NCBI GenBank assembly: GCA_963791995.1
Contig: CAWBUQ010000016.1
Coordinates: forward strand, 39,535 to 103,534
From: an uncultured Acidimicrobiaceae bacterium
GTDB lineage: Bacteria > Actinomycetota > Acidimicrobiia > Acidimicrobiales > RAAP-2
Length of the DNA stretch: 64,000 nucleotides
Reading direction: 5' to 3'
In this document: positions 13,893 to 23,892 of the stretch, piece after piece
Layout: the number at the start of each line of letters is the position of its first letter
Position numbering within the stretch: the first letter of the stretch is position 1
Position numbers and translations under genes: made by a program
The notes under the pieces: generated by a model
The model's input: the letters and a program-made list of their open reading frames with translations, nothing else
The model's database searches: none
What the model was told of the DNA's origin: nothing

Positions 13893-15631
13893 TCAGGCAG
13901 GGTTACGGTGTGCTGGGAGGAGCCGCTTGGCGTCGCGCTCGGCGTCGAGCACGCTGTCGAGTCGGGAGAGCTCGCCGGGCGCGTCCGCCACACGGTTGTG
14001 CCGCTCTTCGGGGTCCAGCGTCAGGTTGTGCAACTCGAATACTGGTTCGGCCGCCGGCCCCAGCATGGGGTTCGCGGCGATGCCGTGCGCGGCGTGCCAG
14101 TCGTCGAGGCGCTCGTAGTAGTGGTTCAGCTTCCACAACTCGGCTGACCCGTCCGCGCCGCTCGGGAGCTCGGCGATCACCGACTCGACGCGGCGACGGG
14201 TTCGACACGGCTTCGAACGCTTCGCCGTTGAAGAGCCCGTTCTGGGTCAGGCCCCGCGAGACGTCGTCCTCGGTCATGAAGTAGATCGGTGCGGATGCCG
14301 CTTCGGCCGGCGTCGATCCCCCGATCACCGCGCTGAGGTCCCGACCGGGCAGCGGTCGCGCCTCGTCGTGGTGCACGGACACGCCCGCGCTCGCCCGCTC
14401 CACGTCGATCCCGGCCAAGCCGAGCAGGGTCGGGACGAGGTCGACGTGGCTCGTGGGGAAGGTGACCCCGCCGTCGATACGGGCGACGCCGGGTCCCTTG
14501 ACGATGAGGGGCACGCGGATCGCCTCGTCGAACGCGTTGTACCACTTCTGCACCATCCCGCCGTGGGCGCCGCCCAGGTCGCCGTGGTCCGAGGTGAACA
14601 CGATGACGGTGTCGTCCGCCATGCCCGACGCCTCGAGCGCCTCGAGCACGCGGGCGATGGCGCGGTCGACCAATGTGTGCAAGTAGTAGTAGAGGCGGCG
14701 GTACGCCAGGTCGGGCGGCTGGTCGTAGAGGATCTTCGGCCACACCGCTTTCCACTGCTCCTGACACGCGGGGCGACCCGCGAACGAGTCGCGCTGCGAG
14801 GGCGCCTCCTCGACGTCTGGCACGCTGTCGTCGGGCGGCGGCGGCATCGACAACAGGTACTCCCAGCCGAAGCCGGCGAACGCGATGTCGTGCGGGTTCA
14901 CGAAGGAGGCCACCGTCAGCCACGGCCCGTCGGCACGCGCCGCGGCCAGCTCGTCGAAGAGCTCGACCACCTGCGTGGCGAAGACGCCGTCACGCACCAC
15001 ACCCGCATCGGCGCGTGCCGCGCCGTGCGGCTCGCGCCCGATCCACCCCGCGAACCCGTAGGGATCGAGGCGGTCCGCTCTACGGTACGCGTCGACGTTC
15101 GCCGGGACAGGGTTGCCGTCCGCGTCCGACGTCATCAACGACTCGTGGGTACCCGGAATCGTCAGGTCGGCGTGCGAGATGTGCCACTTGCCGCGGTAGT
15201 GCGTGCGGTAGCCGCCGGCGCGGAACCAGTCCCCGAGGGTGGGGACCGAGTCGGGGTCGAGCCAGTGCATGCCCGAATCGGTGGCCTGCTTGGCCAGGCC
15301 GTCGGTCTGCGACGACCCGTGCAGGGACGGGTACTGCCCGGTGAACAGCGTCGCCCGGCTCGGCAGACAGGCGGTGGACCCGGCGTAGTGACGGTGGAAC
15401 TCGAGGCCTCCGCTGCGGAGGGCCTGCGCGCGCGCCGAGGTGGTCGCGACGGAAACCGGCCACCGAGTCGGACTCGTAGGGGGGCGGGTAGCGCTCCTCG
15501 TCGGTCATGATCACAAGGACGTTCGGACTGTCCACTCGGGTCTTCCACTCCTCCGGGTCGCGCTCGGGCGAATGCGGGAGGCAGAACCTAGGAGATCGCC
15601 TCCATCGTCGCACGTCACCCGGTCCGCCCAT
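13893..15631 (-). CDS. Cys-type sulfatase (formylglycine-dependent), 2 frameshifts as assembled
   Basis: NVLVIMTDEE.., FGly motif C-L-P-S-R-ATLFTG (15355-15369), ..VIVFTSDHGDLGGAHG.. A possible longer Tat-like start (MGLRRVAARRRF, 15787) needs further frame corrections. Confidence 0.8.
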
Positions 15632-16197
15632 TCGGCCCTGGCCCAGGTCGGGCCGGTCGCCGGCGGCAACAGGGAATGCCCGCCGGTCGTCCGTCCCGCC
15701 TGCGACGACAACACAGACACAACCTGGTCCTGCACGCGCCCTCTCGGTCCGAAAACGACGGCGCGCCGCCACGCGCCGCAGGCCCATCGTGACCCGTTCT
15801 CCCAGCCCAGAGTGCATCTTTGGCGACTGTCTCGACCGTCTCCTGACCGTCCAGGGCAGACCCCTCACCGGGGCCGCCAGGGCGAGACATGCACTACACA
15901 CGCATGGGACAGGGAATCCCTAGCGTGTGCAGGCGATGAACCAGGCGGACCGCACTGTCGCGGGAACGACGAGGGCACTGCCCCGGCACGTCCCCACGGC
16001 GCGTCGCGCCTGCACCCTGGTCCCGCCCACCCCCTCCCTCGCCCCCCACCGGCGAGGCCGGCCGTGACCGACATCGCCTCCGACCCGGCCGCCGCCGCGG
16101 CAGCCGAGCTGCAGAACGCAGCAGCCTCGACGGCACCGACACCGCCCAGGGCGACACGTCCACGGCGGGCGCCGGCGGCGCGATCCAGAAGCGGGCG

Positions 16198-17591
16198 ATG
16201 CGCGGCGCCTCGTTCCTCTTCGGACGCGAGGCCATCGGATCGGTCGTGCGCCTCATCGGCGTGATCATCACCGTCCGCATGATCGGCCCGAGCAACTACG
16301 GCGTGTTCACCGCGGCGGCCGCCTACGTCGCGGTCATCGTGACCATCTGCCAGATGGGGTCAGAGGTCTTCCTCATCCGTGCCCACGAACAGCCCACCAA
16401 GCGGCTGAACAACGAGATCTTCACGTTGCTGCTGGTGACCTCGGTCGCATTGAGCGTCGTCGCGCTCGGCTTGACGTTCGTGCTGGCGCCTCTCATCAAG
16501 CCCGCGGGCACCCTCGTGCCGCTACGCGTGTTGCTCCTCTGCGTGCCGATCAACGCGCTGTGGGCACCAGCCCAGGCGCACATCGAGCGTGCCTTCGACT
16601 ACAAGAAGATGGGCATCCTCGAGCTCGGTGGCGACATCGTCCTCTACGCCGTCGCCGTGCCGTTGGCCCTCTTGCACTTCGGCGCCTGGTCGCTCGTCGC
16701 CGGCTATTTCGCCTGGCAGACCTTCCTGCTCGTCGGAAGCCTGCTCCTGTCGGGCCTGCGGCCGCGCCTGGCGTGGTCGACCAAGACGGCCAAGGACGTC
16801 ATCCGCCACGGCACCTCGTATTCGACCTCCATGCTGTTCGTCAACCTCGTCTTCGTGGTCCCCCCGATCGTCGTCGGGACGTTCGTCGGTGCGGCCGGCG
16901 TCGGCTACGTGTCGTTCGGGCGCAACCTCGTCAACACGGTCGGGTTCGCCAAGCGCGCCGCGTACCGCCTGGGCATCGTCACCATGGCCCAGATCAACCG
17001 CGACGACCCCAAGCTGTTCCGTCAGGGCCTCGAGCGCGGCGCCTTCTTGCTCACGCTGGCGCTGGGCGTGTCCCTTCGCCATCTTCGGACTGGGCGCGCA
17101 CTGGATCGTCCCCGCCCTCTTCGGACACGAATGGGCCGCCGCACTGCCGATCTTCTGCCTCCTCGCGCTGGGCTGGGTGCTCAACTCCATCGGGTCGGTC
17201 GAAGCCTCCCTCTTCTATGCGCTCGGGAAGAACACGGTGGTGGCGGTCGGACAGGGCCTCCAGGTGCTCTTCTTGTTCGTGCTCTCGATCCCGCTGGTCA
17301 AGTACTGGGGCGTCAACGGCTTCGGCGTCGCCTCGCTGCTCGCCATGGTTGCCTTCGTCTACCCGGATCGGACAGCTGCGCAAGCTCGCCACCTACTCCA
17401 TGGCCGCGACGATCGCGGTCTCGCTGATCCTCGCCCCCTCCATGTTCCTGCCGATCTTCCCGCCCTGGATCGGCCTGGTCCTCTTGCTGCCCTGGGTGCT
17501 GCTCTTCGTGGTCAAGTCGCTCCGGGAGCAGATCTTCGGGGTGCTCGACTCCCTCCGCTCGTCACTCCGGCGCAAGGTCGCAGTGGCATGA
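16198..17591 (+). CDS. Wzx/MOP-superfamily polysaccharide flippase (2 internal frameshifts as assembled)
   Basis: MRGASFLFGREAIGSVVRLIGVIITVRMIGPSNYGVF.. and about 12 predicted TM segments, pieced from ORFs 16198-, 16589- and 16560-17591. Possible upstream GTG at 16064. Confidence 0.75.
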
Positions 17592-18082
17592 CAGACGTCG
17601 TGACACCCCCTTCCTGCCGGGTCGGCGTGGACCTCGCCACCGTCGCCGACGTCGAGTCGGCCCTGGCTGCGCACGGGGAGCGCTACCTCCGGCGGGTCTT
17701 CACCCCCCATGAGCTGGACTGTTGTCGCAGGTCCGGCGGCTGGTCGGCCGAATCGCTCGCCGCCCGCTTCGCCGCCAAGGAGGCCACCATCAAGGTGCTC
17801 CAGCCCAGGGCCAACCAACCCGATTGGAACAGTATGGAAGTGCGGCGCCGCTCTGACGGCTCCTGCACCATGACCCTTTCGCGCACTGCGGCCGAGATGG
17901 CCGAGGCGGCCGGCATCACCGCGCTGTCGCTCAGCATGAGCCACGAGGGCGAGCAGGCCGCGGCGGTTGTGTTCGCCTTGTGCGGCCCGCCGCCCGGGAC
18001 CGCCCTCAGCCTCTCCGGCGGCGTCACGCCGGGACGAATCGAATTCGCAGCATGGAAAGAAAGGAAACCAGCAGATGCCTGA
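17588..18082 (+). CDS. 4'-phosphopantetheinyl transferase, AcpS type
   Basis: ATG overlaps the flippase stop (ATGA). VGVDLATVADVE..RVFTPHE..LAARFAAKEATIKVL..SLSMSHEGEQAAAVV is the holo-ACP synthase pattern. Confidence 0.8.
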   Translation: MTDVVTPPSCRVGVDLATVADVESALAAHGERYLRRVFTPHELDCCRRSGGWSAESLAARFAAKEATIKVLQPRANQPDWNSMEVRRRSDGSCTMTLSRTAAEMAEAAGITALSLSMSHEGEQAAAVVFALCGPPPGTALSLSGGVTPGRIEFAAWKERKPADA

Positions 18083-18347
18083 GCCCGCGCACCCCAACGA
18101 GGCGCGAGTCCGTTCCACGTTGGTCGAGCACGCCCGCCTGCCCGTGGACGTCGAGACGCTCCAGGTCTATGACGACTTGTTTCAAGCCGGGATGACCTCG
18201 CACGCCAGCGTCAACGTGATGCTTGCCCTCGAAGAGGAGTTCGACATCGAATTCCCCGAGGAGATGCTCCAGAAGTCGACCTTCGAGTCGATCGAAGCGA
18301 TCTGCTCGTCGATCGCCAGCCTCAGCACGATTGGAGACCCAGTATGA
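18075..18347 (+). CDS. Small carrier protein (ACP/PCP-like, 90 aa)
   Basis: ATG 18075 overlaps the PPTase end by 8 nt. DDLFQAGMTSHASVNVMLALEEEFDIEFPEE has a carrier-protein helix II with candidate Ppant Ser42 (18198-18200). Confidence 0.75.
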   Translation: MPEPAHPNEARVRSTLVEHARLPVDVETLQVYDDLFQAGMTSHASVNVMLALEEEFDIEFPEEMLQKSTFESIEAICSSIASLSTIGDPV

Positions 18348-19506
18348 GCTCGACAAAACTGCACGGCCACGAGGCCGCGGCGCGAGCGGCGACGATCGCC
18401 GCCGAGGTGACGGCGCCAGCGGCCGACGACGTCGACACCCGCTCTCGATTCCCCTTCGAGACCTTCGAGGCGCTCCAGGCCGACGGCCTCCTGGCCACGC
18501 TGGTCCCGATCGAGTTCGGGGGCATCGGCGCCACGCTGTCCGAGGCGGGTGACACCGTGACCGAGCTCGCCAAGGCCTGCTCCTCGAGCGGGATGATCCT
18601 GGCCATGCACCACCTCCAGGTGGCCTGCGTGGTCCGCCACGGGCAGAACGAAGCACTCCGGCAATTCCTGGCTGAGATCGCCAACGAGCAGTTGCTGCTG
18701 GCCTCGGCCACCACCGAGGTGGGCGTAGGCGGCAACACGCGCGAGAGCATCTGCGCCATTCAGCCGCACGAGCAGGGTTTCGAGCTGCAAAAGGCGGCGG
18801 GCGTCATCTCCTACGGCTCCTACGCCGACGCGGTGCTGGCGACAGCTCGGCGCAACGAGGACGCGCCGGCCAGCGACCAGGTGCTGGTCGTGTGTCGCGC
18901 CCCCGGCCTCAGCCTCGAGCAGACGGGCCAGTGGAACACGCTCGGCATGCGCGGCACCTGCAGCCCCGGCTTCGCACTGCGGGCCACGGGGTCCATGGAC
19001 ATGATCCTGCCGGTCGGCTTCGGCGAGGTCTCCGAGCGGACCATGCTCCCGGTGTCGCACATCCTGTGGGCCTGTGTCTGGCAGCGGCATCGCGTCGGCG
19101 GCCGTCGAGCGCGCCCGATCCATGGTCCGGGCCGAAGCCCGCAAGAACGTCGACGTGCTGCCCAAGGGCGCCCCGGCGCTGGCCGAGCTCCTGCTCCAGC
19201 AGCGCCAGCTCGAGGCCTTGGTCCAGGACGCCCTCGACGAATTCGACCGGCTCGATGCCTCGCCGCGTGCCGGCGTGCCCATGTCGTTCACCATCGCCAT
19301 GAACACGCTGAAGGTCGCGGCATCGCGCCTCGTCGTCGAGATCGTCTCGGGCGCTCTCATGCTCTGCGGAATGGCCGGCTACTCCCACGGCACGCCGTAC
19401 AGCCTGGGACGCCAGCTCCGCGACTCCTACAGCGCCGACGGTGATGATCAACAACACGCGGATCCTCGCCGACAACGCCCACATGCTCACGATCTCAAAG
19501 GGGTAG
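18344..19506 (+). CDS. Acyl-CoA dehydrogenase-family flavoprotein (2 frameshifts as assembled)
   Basis: ATGA overlap with the carrier gene. ..FPFETFEALQADGLL..ELAKACSSSGMILAMHH..ATTEVGVGGN..NTLGMRGTCSPGF..GYSHGTPYSLGRQLRDSYSA.. Confidence 0.8.
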
Positions 19507-19509
19507 ACG

Positions 19510-20412
19510 ATGACTGACACCACTGCTTTCGGCTCGGCTCTCGTCGAAAAGGGCCTGCTGTTCCCGACCGGGATCCTCGGCGTGCTGGGCCGCTCCCAGC
19601 AGTACGCGGACATCGCGGCCGGGCTCAACTCGATCGTCGACGCCTGGGGCGTCGAGCTTGGCGCGACGGGCATCCAGTTCCCGCCCATCGTGAACAAGGC
19701 GACGTTCGAGGAGACCAACTACGTCCAGTCCTTCCCCGACCTCATGGGGGCGATCCACGTCTTCACCGGCGGCAACAAGGAGCACGCGGAGCTCCTGCGG
19801 CGTTCGGAGTCGGGCAAGGACTGGTCGGACATGCTCGAGATGGCCGACGTGTTCCTGGCCTCTGCGGCCTGCCACCCGGTGTACCCGATGTGCACGGGCA
19901 CGCTGCCTGAGTCCGGGCGCTACTTCAACGTGTCGAGCTACTGCTTCCGTCACGAGCCGAGCGAGGACCCGGCGCGCATGCAGTCGTTCCAGATGCACGA
20001 GATCGTCTTCGTCGGCGACCCCGATGCGGCGCAGCAGCACCGCGACGCCGGGCTCGAGGTCGGCATCGACATCCTGCGCCGGCTCGGGCTCGAGATGGAC
20101 GTGATCGAAGCCAACGATCCCTTCTTCGGCCGCCTGGGCACCGCCATGGCCAAGGGCCAGAAGGAAGAGATCCTGAAACTCGAGGGCACGACGCCCATCG
20201 GGAGCCCCGACCACCCCGTGGCCATCATTTCGGGCAACTGCCACCGCGACCACTTCGGCACCCCGTTCTCGATCGAGACGGGGGATGGTGCGGTGGCCCA
20301 CAGCGCCTGTGTCGCCTTCGGCGTCGACCGGATCACGCTCGCCCTCTTGTACCATCACGGGCTCGACGTGAGCAGCTGGCCGGCCGAGGTCAAGGAGGCA
20401 TTGCGCTTGTGA
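19510..20412 (+). CDS. Truncated class-II aaRS homologue: amino acid:[carrier-protein] ligase type (SerRS-like catalytic core only)
   Basis: 300 aa with no tRNA-binding domain. Motif 2 YCFRHEPS (19945-19956), motif 3 ACVAFGVDRITLAL. Candidate Zn ligands C121 / E164 / C267, as in methanogen-type SerRS. Confidence 0.75.
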   Translation: MTDTTAFGSALVEKGLLFPTGILGVLGRSQQYADIAAGLNSIVDAWGVELGATGIQFPPIVNKATFEETNYVQSFPDLMGAIHVFTGGNKEHAELLRRSESGKDWSDMLEMADVFLASAACHPVYPMCTGTLPESGRYFNVSSYCFRHEPSEDPARMQSFQMHEIVFVGDPDAAQQHRDAGLEVGIDILRRLGLEMDVIEANDPFFGRLGTAMAKGQKEEILKLEGTTPIGSPDHPVAIISGNCHRDHFGTPFSIETGDGAVAHSACVAFGVDRITLALLYHHGLDVSSWPAEVKEALRL

Positions 20413-21407
20413 GGGTCCAGGTGCTCAATCTGGATCCGAGCACGTACGTCTCCCATCTCGTCCACGGCGACGAGCGGATGTGGCTCGAGTCGAACTGCGC
20501 GGCCGACCTCTGGATCGAGGTCCTGCACGGCGTCGGCCTCGAACCGCTCGCTGCCATGGGGTTCTTGCTCAGCGCCGGGTTCGACGGCGAGCAGTGGCGC
20601 ATGTTCAAGTTCTCCATGGAGGACGTGTGGCGGCTCTACGGGATCGACTGCTACGAGGTGAACCTCTGGCGCACCCTCCCGAACCACCTCGAGGACCACA
20701 TCGCCCTCGGCCGGATGATCACCATCGACGTCGACGCCTGGTGGCTACCCGACACCGAGGGGCTCACCTACAAGACCGCCCACCAGAAGACGACGGTGGC
20801 GGTCCAGATGATCGACGTGGAGGCCGGCCGCATCGGCTACTTCCACAACGGCGGCTACTACGAGCTCGGCGGCGAGGAGTACGAGCGGCTGATCGCTGAC
20901 GAGGCCGTGGCGGTCATCCCGCCCTACGCCGAGGCGATCGACCTCGAGCACCTCCGACGCGACGAGGACCTGCGGCCGCTGGCCCTCGAGCTCGCCCGTG
21001 AGCATTTCGCCCGCCGGCCCACGGCCAACCCGGTCAGCGAGATGCGCAAGCGTCTGGAGGGCGACCTCCCCTGGCTCGTCAGGGACGGGATCGACACATT
21101 CCACCGCTACGCCTTCGGGTCGATCCGCCAGTGCGGATCCAACGCGGAGCTGGCCGTGGACTACGTGCGCTGGCTGGCCGCCGGCCCGGGCGCTCCCGAG
21201 ACGAGCACCGCGTCCGAGCAGAGCTCCAGGAACGGCGACGCCGCCGCCGAGGCCTTTCTCACCGTCTCCAAGAAGGCGAAGGCGCTGGAGTTCCAACTCG
21301 CCCGCGTGCTGCGGGGCAAGCAGATCGCACTGGCGGAGGTGATGTCGGAGATGGAGTCCGCCTGGGAGGATGCCATCGAGGCCACAGCCGCCTTGCTCTA
21401 TGGCTGA
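20409..21407 (+). CDS. Conserved protein of unknown function (resembles DUF1839; family name from memory only)
   Basis: Intact 332-aa ORF. GTGA overlap with the ligase stop and an 8-nt overlap with the next gene. N-terminal ..WLESNCAADLWIEVLHG.. has a Cys/His pair. Confidence 0.6.
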   Translation: MRVQVLNLDPSTYVSHLVHGDERMWLESNCAADLWIEVLHGVGLEPLAAMGFLLSAGFDGEQWRMFKFSMEDVWRLYGIDCYEVNLWRTLPNHLEDHIALGRMITIDVDAWWLPDTEGLTYKTAHQKTTVAVQMIDVEAGRIGYFHNGGYYELGGEEYERLIADEAVAVIPPYAEAIDLEHLRRDEDLRPLALELAREHFARRPTANPVSEMRKRLEGDLPWLVRDGIDTFHRYAFGSIRQCGSNAELAVDYVRWLAAGPGAPETSTASEQSSRNGDAAAEAFLTVSKKAKALEFQLARVLRGKQIALAEVMSEMESAWEDAIEATAALLYG

Positions 21408-23892
21408 CCTGCTCGAGCACGCGGCCTGGTCGTGTGCTCGCACATCGCCGGGCCTCCTCGACGGGGCGGACCCTTCTGCGCTCGACGCGCTCGACTGGAT
21501 GCCCGCGTCCGTCCCGGGCACTGCGGCCGAGGCCCTCGCCGCCGTCGGCGCCCCCGACGTGGCGGACCATGACTACGACGCGGAGGACTGGTGGTTCCGC
21601 TGCCGCTTCCCCGGTGGGCCCGGGACCTGGCAGCTGCAGCTGCACGGCATCGCCACCCTGGCCGACGTCTGGGTCAACGGGTCCCAGGTGGCCCGGACCG
21701 AGAACATGTTCGTGCGCACCTCGGTCACGCTCGAGGGGCTGGGGGACGACAACGAGCTCGTCATCCGCTGCGAAGCGCTGTCCCCCGCCCTGGCGGTCAA
21801 ACGGCCCCGGCCGCGTTGGCGGACCACCCAGGTCGAGAACCAGGCGCTGCGCTGGTTCCGCACCACCCTCTTGGGCCGGATCCCCGGCTGGGCGCACACC
21901 CCCCGCACCGTCGGGCCGTGGCGGCCCGTTGCCGTCACCCAGGACAACGGCCCGCTGAACGGTGCCCTCGACACCTTCGTCCATGCGTCGTGCGATGGCG
22001 AGAGCGGCCGCGTCGACGTCGCCCTGCGCTTCGCGGGCGTGCCCGGCTGGGCCGAGGAGTCCGGCGACGGGGCGCCCGTGCTGGTCTGCCTGGGCCGCGA
22101 GGCCACCTTCGAGGTGGAGCACGAGGGCTCCGATGTGACGCTGCGCGCGTCGCTGCCCGTCACCGGGTTCGAACGGTGGTGGCCCCATACCCACGGCTCC
22201 CAGCCGCTCTACGAAGTCGGGCTGCGATTGGGCGGCGTGGTCCATCCCCTCGGGCGCGTCGGGTTCCGCACGGTGGAGGTCGACCGCTCCGACGGCGGCT
22301 TCACCTTCGTCGTCAACGGCGTCCCGATCTTCGTCAGAGGCGCGAATTGGTTCCCGCCCGATCCCGTCAGCCGGCACGCCGGCGACGACGAGGTGCGGCG
22401 GCGCCTGGGGCTCGCCCGCGAGGCCAACCTCAACATGGTGCGCATCCCGGGCACCACGGCCTACGCCGACCGATCGGTCCTCGACGCCTGCGACGAGCTC
22501 GGCCTGTTGCTCTGGCACGACTGCATGTTCGCCTTCATGGACTACCCCGACGACGAGGGGTTCGTCGCCGGCGTCCGCCAGGAGTTGCGCCAGGCCTTCG
22601 CCGACCTGTCCGGGCATCCGGCGCTGGCCATCGTGTGCGGGAACCAAGAAGTCGCCGAGATCGCCGCCATGAACGGTGGCGGCCAGACCGGCTTCGAGTC
22701 CGAGCTCTTCGACACCGTCATCCCCGCGCTGACCGCCGCGTTGCTGCCCGGCGTCGAGTTCGTGGCGTCGAACCCGGGGGGCGGCGACCCCGTCTACCGG
22801 CCCGACACCGGCGTGAGCCAGTACTTCGGTCTCGGGGGCTACCTGCGCCCGCTCAACGCGCTGCGCCGTGACGACGTGCGCTTCGCGGCGGAGTGCCTCT
22901 GTTACGCCACACCACCCGAACCAGAGGCCGTCACCCGGCTGGGCGGCGCCAACATCGCCGTGCACGACCCCACGTGGAAGGTGGGCATCCACCACGACCC
23001 GGGCCGGTCCTGGGACATGGACGACGTCCGCGCCTTCTACATGCGGGAGGTCTTCGGGGTCGACCCGCTGTGGGAGCGCTACTCCGATGCCGAGCGCGCG
23101 CTCGATCTGGGCCGGGCCACCAACGCCTTCTTGATGCAGTACGTCTTCACCGAGTGGCGCTGCAACGAGCGGGCCGGTGGCGGCCTGGTGCTCGGCCTCC
23201 ACGACCTGGCGCCGGGGGCGGGCTGGGGCCTATTGGACGTGACGGGCCAACCCAAGGCACCGTGGTACGCCATGCGACGAGTCTCGGAGCCGATCTGCGT
23301 CCTCCTCGTCGACGAAGGCCTGAACGGGCTGTGCGCCCACGTGTGCAACGACTCGGCAGAGGCCTTCAGCGGTGAGCTCGCCGTCGATCTCTACACCAAC
23401 GGCGAGACCCTGAGCACGCAGGCCGTCCGCCCGGTGAGCGTCAAGGCCCGGGGCGCCGAGATCGTCAATCTTTACAACCTCTTCGACGAATTCACCGACC
23501 TCAACTACGCCTACCGCTTCGGGCCGCCCACATATGACGTCATCGCGGTGACCCTCAAGGACACCGCGGCTTCGGTGGTCTCCGACTCCGTCCTGCTGCC
23601 TCTCGGCCAGGCCCGTCCACTCGAGGCCGACATCGGCCTGCGTGCCGTCGTGCACTCGGACGACTCGACCGGGGGTCCGCCCCAGGTGCACGTCACGACC
23701 CGTCGCTTCGCCCAGTGGGTCTCGGTGAACGCGCCGGGCTTCCGACCGTCGGACTCCTGGTTCCATCTGCCGCCCGGGTCCGAGCGCGTCGTCACGCTGC
23801 ACGACTGCGAACCGTCGCGCCCCGCGCGGGGCCGGGTGCGGGCGCTCAACTCCACGGTGGCGGCGGTGATACGACCCGAGGAGGACTCGTGA
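21400..23892 (+). CDS. GH2-family beta-mannosidase-like protein, no signal peptide
   Basis: Intact 830 aa. ..GIATLADVWVNG..VRGANWFP.., LLLWHDCMFAFMDYP, ALAIVCGNQEVAE (acid/base region) are GH2 beta-mannosidase/exo-glucosaminidase-like patterns. Confidence 0.8.
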   Translation: MADLLEHAAWSCARTSPGLLDGADPSALDALDWMPASVPGTAAEALAAVGAPDVADHDYDAEDWWFRCRFPGGPGTWQLQLHGIATLADVWVNGSQVARTENMFVRTSVTLEGLGDDNELVIRCEALSPALAVKRPRPRWRTTQVENQALRWFRTTLLGRIPGWAHTPRTVGPWRPVAVTQDNGPLNGALDTFVHASCDGESGRVDVALRFAGVPGWAEESGDGAPVLVCLGREATFEVEHEGSDVTLRASLPVTGFERWWPHTHGSQPLYEVGLRLGGVVHPLGRVGFRTVEVDRSDGGFTFVVNGVPIFVRGANWFPPDPVSRHAGDDEVRRRLGLAREANLNMVRIPGTTAYADRSVLDACDELGLLLWHDCMFAFMDYPDDEGFVAGVRQELRQAFADLSGHPALAIVCGNQEVAEIAAMNGGGQTGFESELFDTVIPALTAALLPGVEFVASNPGGGDPVYRPDTGVSQYFGLGGYLRPLNALRRDDVRFAAECLCYATPPEPEAVTRLGGANIAVHDPTWKVGIHHDPGRSWDMDDVRAFYMREVFGVDPLWERYSDAERALDLGRATNAFLMQYVFTEWRCNERAGGGLVLGLHDLAPGAGWGLLDVTGQPKAPWYAMRRVSEPICVLLVDEGLNGLCAHVCNDSAEAFSGELAVDLYTNGETLSTQAVRPVSVKARGAEIVNLYNLFDEFTDLNYAYRFGPPTYDVIAVTLKDTAASVVSDSVLLPLGQARPLEADIGLRAVVHSDDSTGGPPQVHVTTRRFAQWVSVNAPGFRPSDSWFHLPPGSERVVTLHDCEPSRPARGRVRALNSTVAAVIRPEEDS

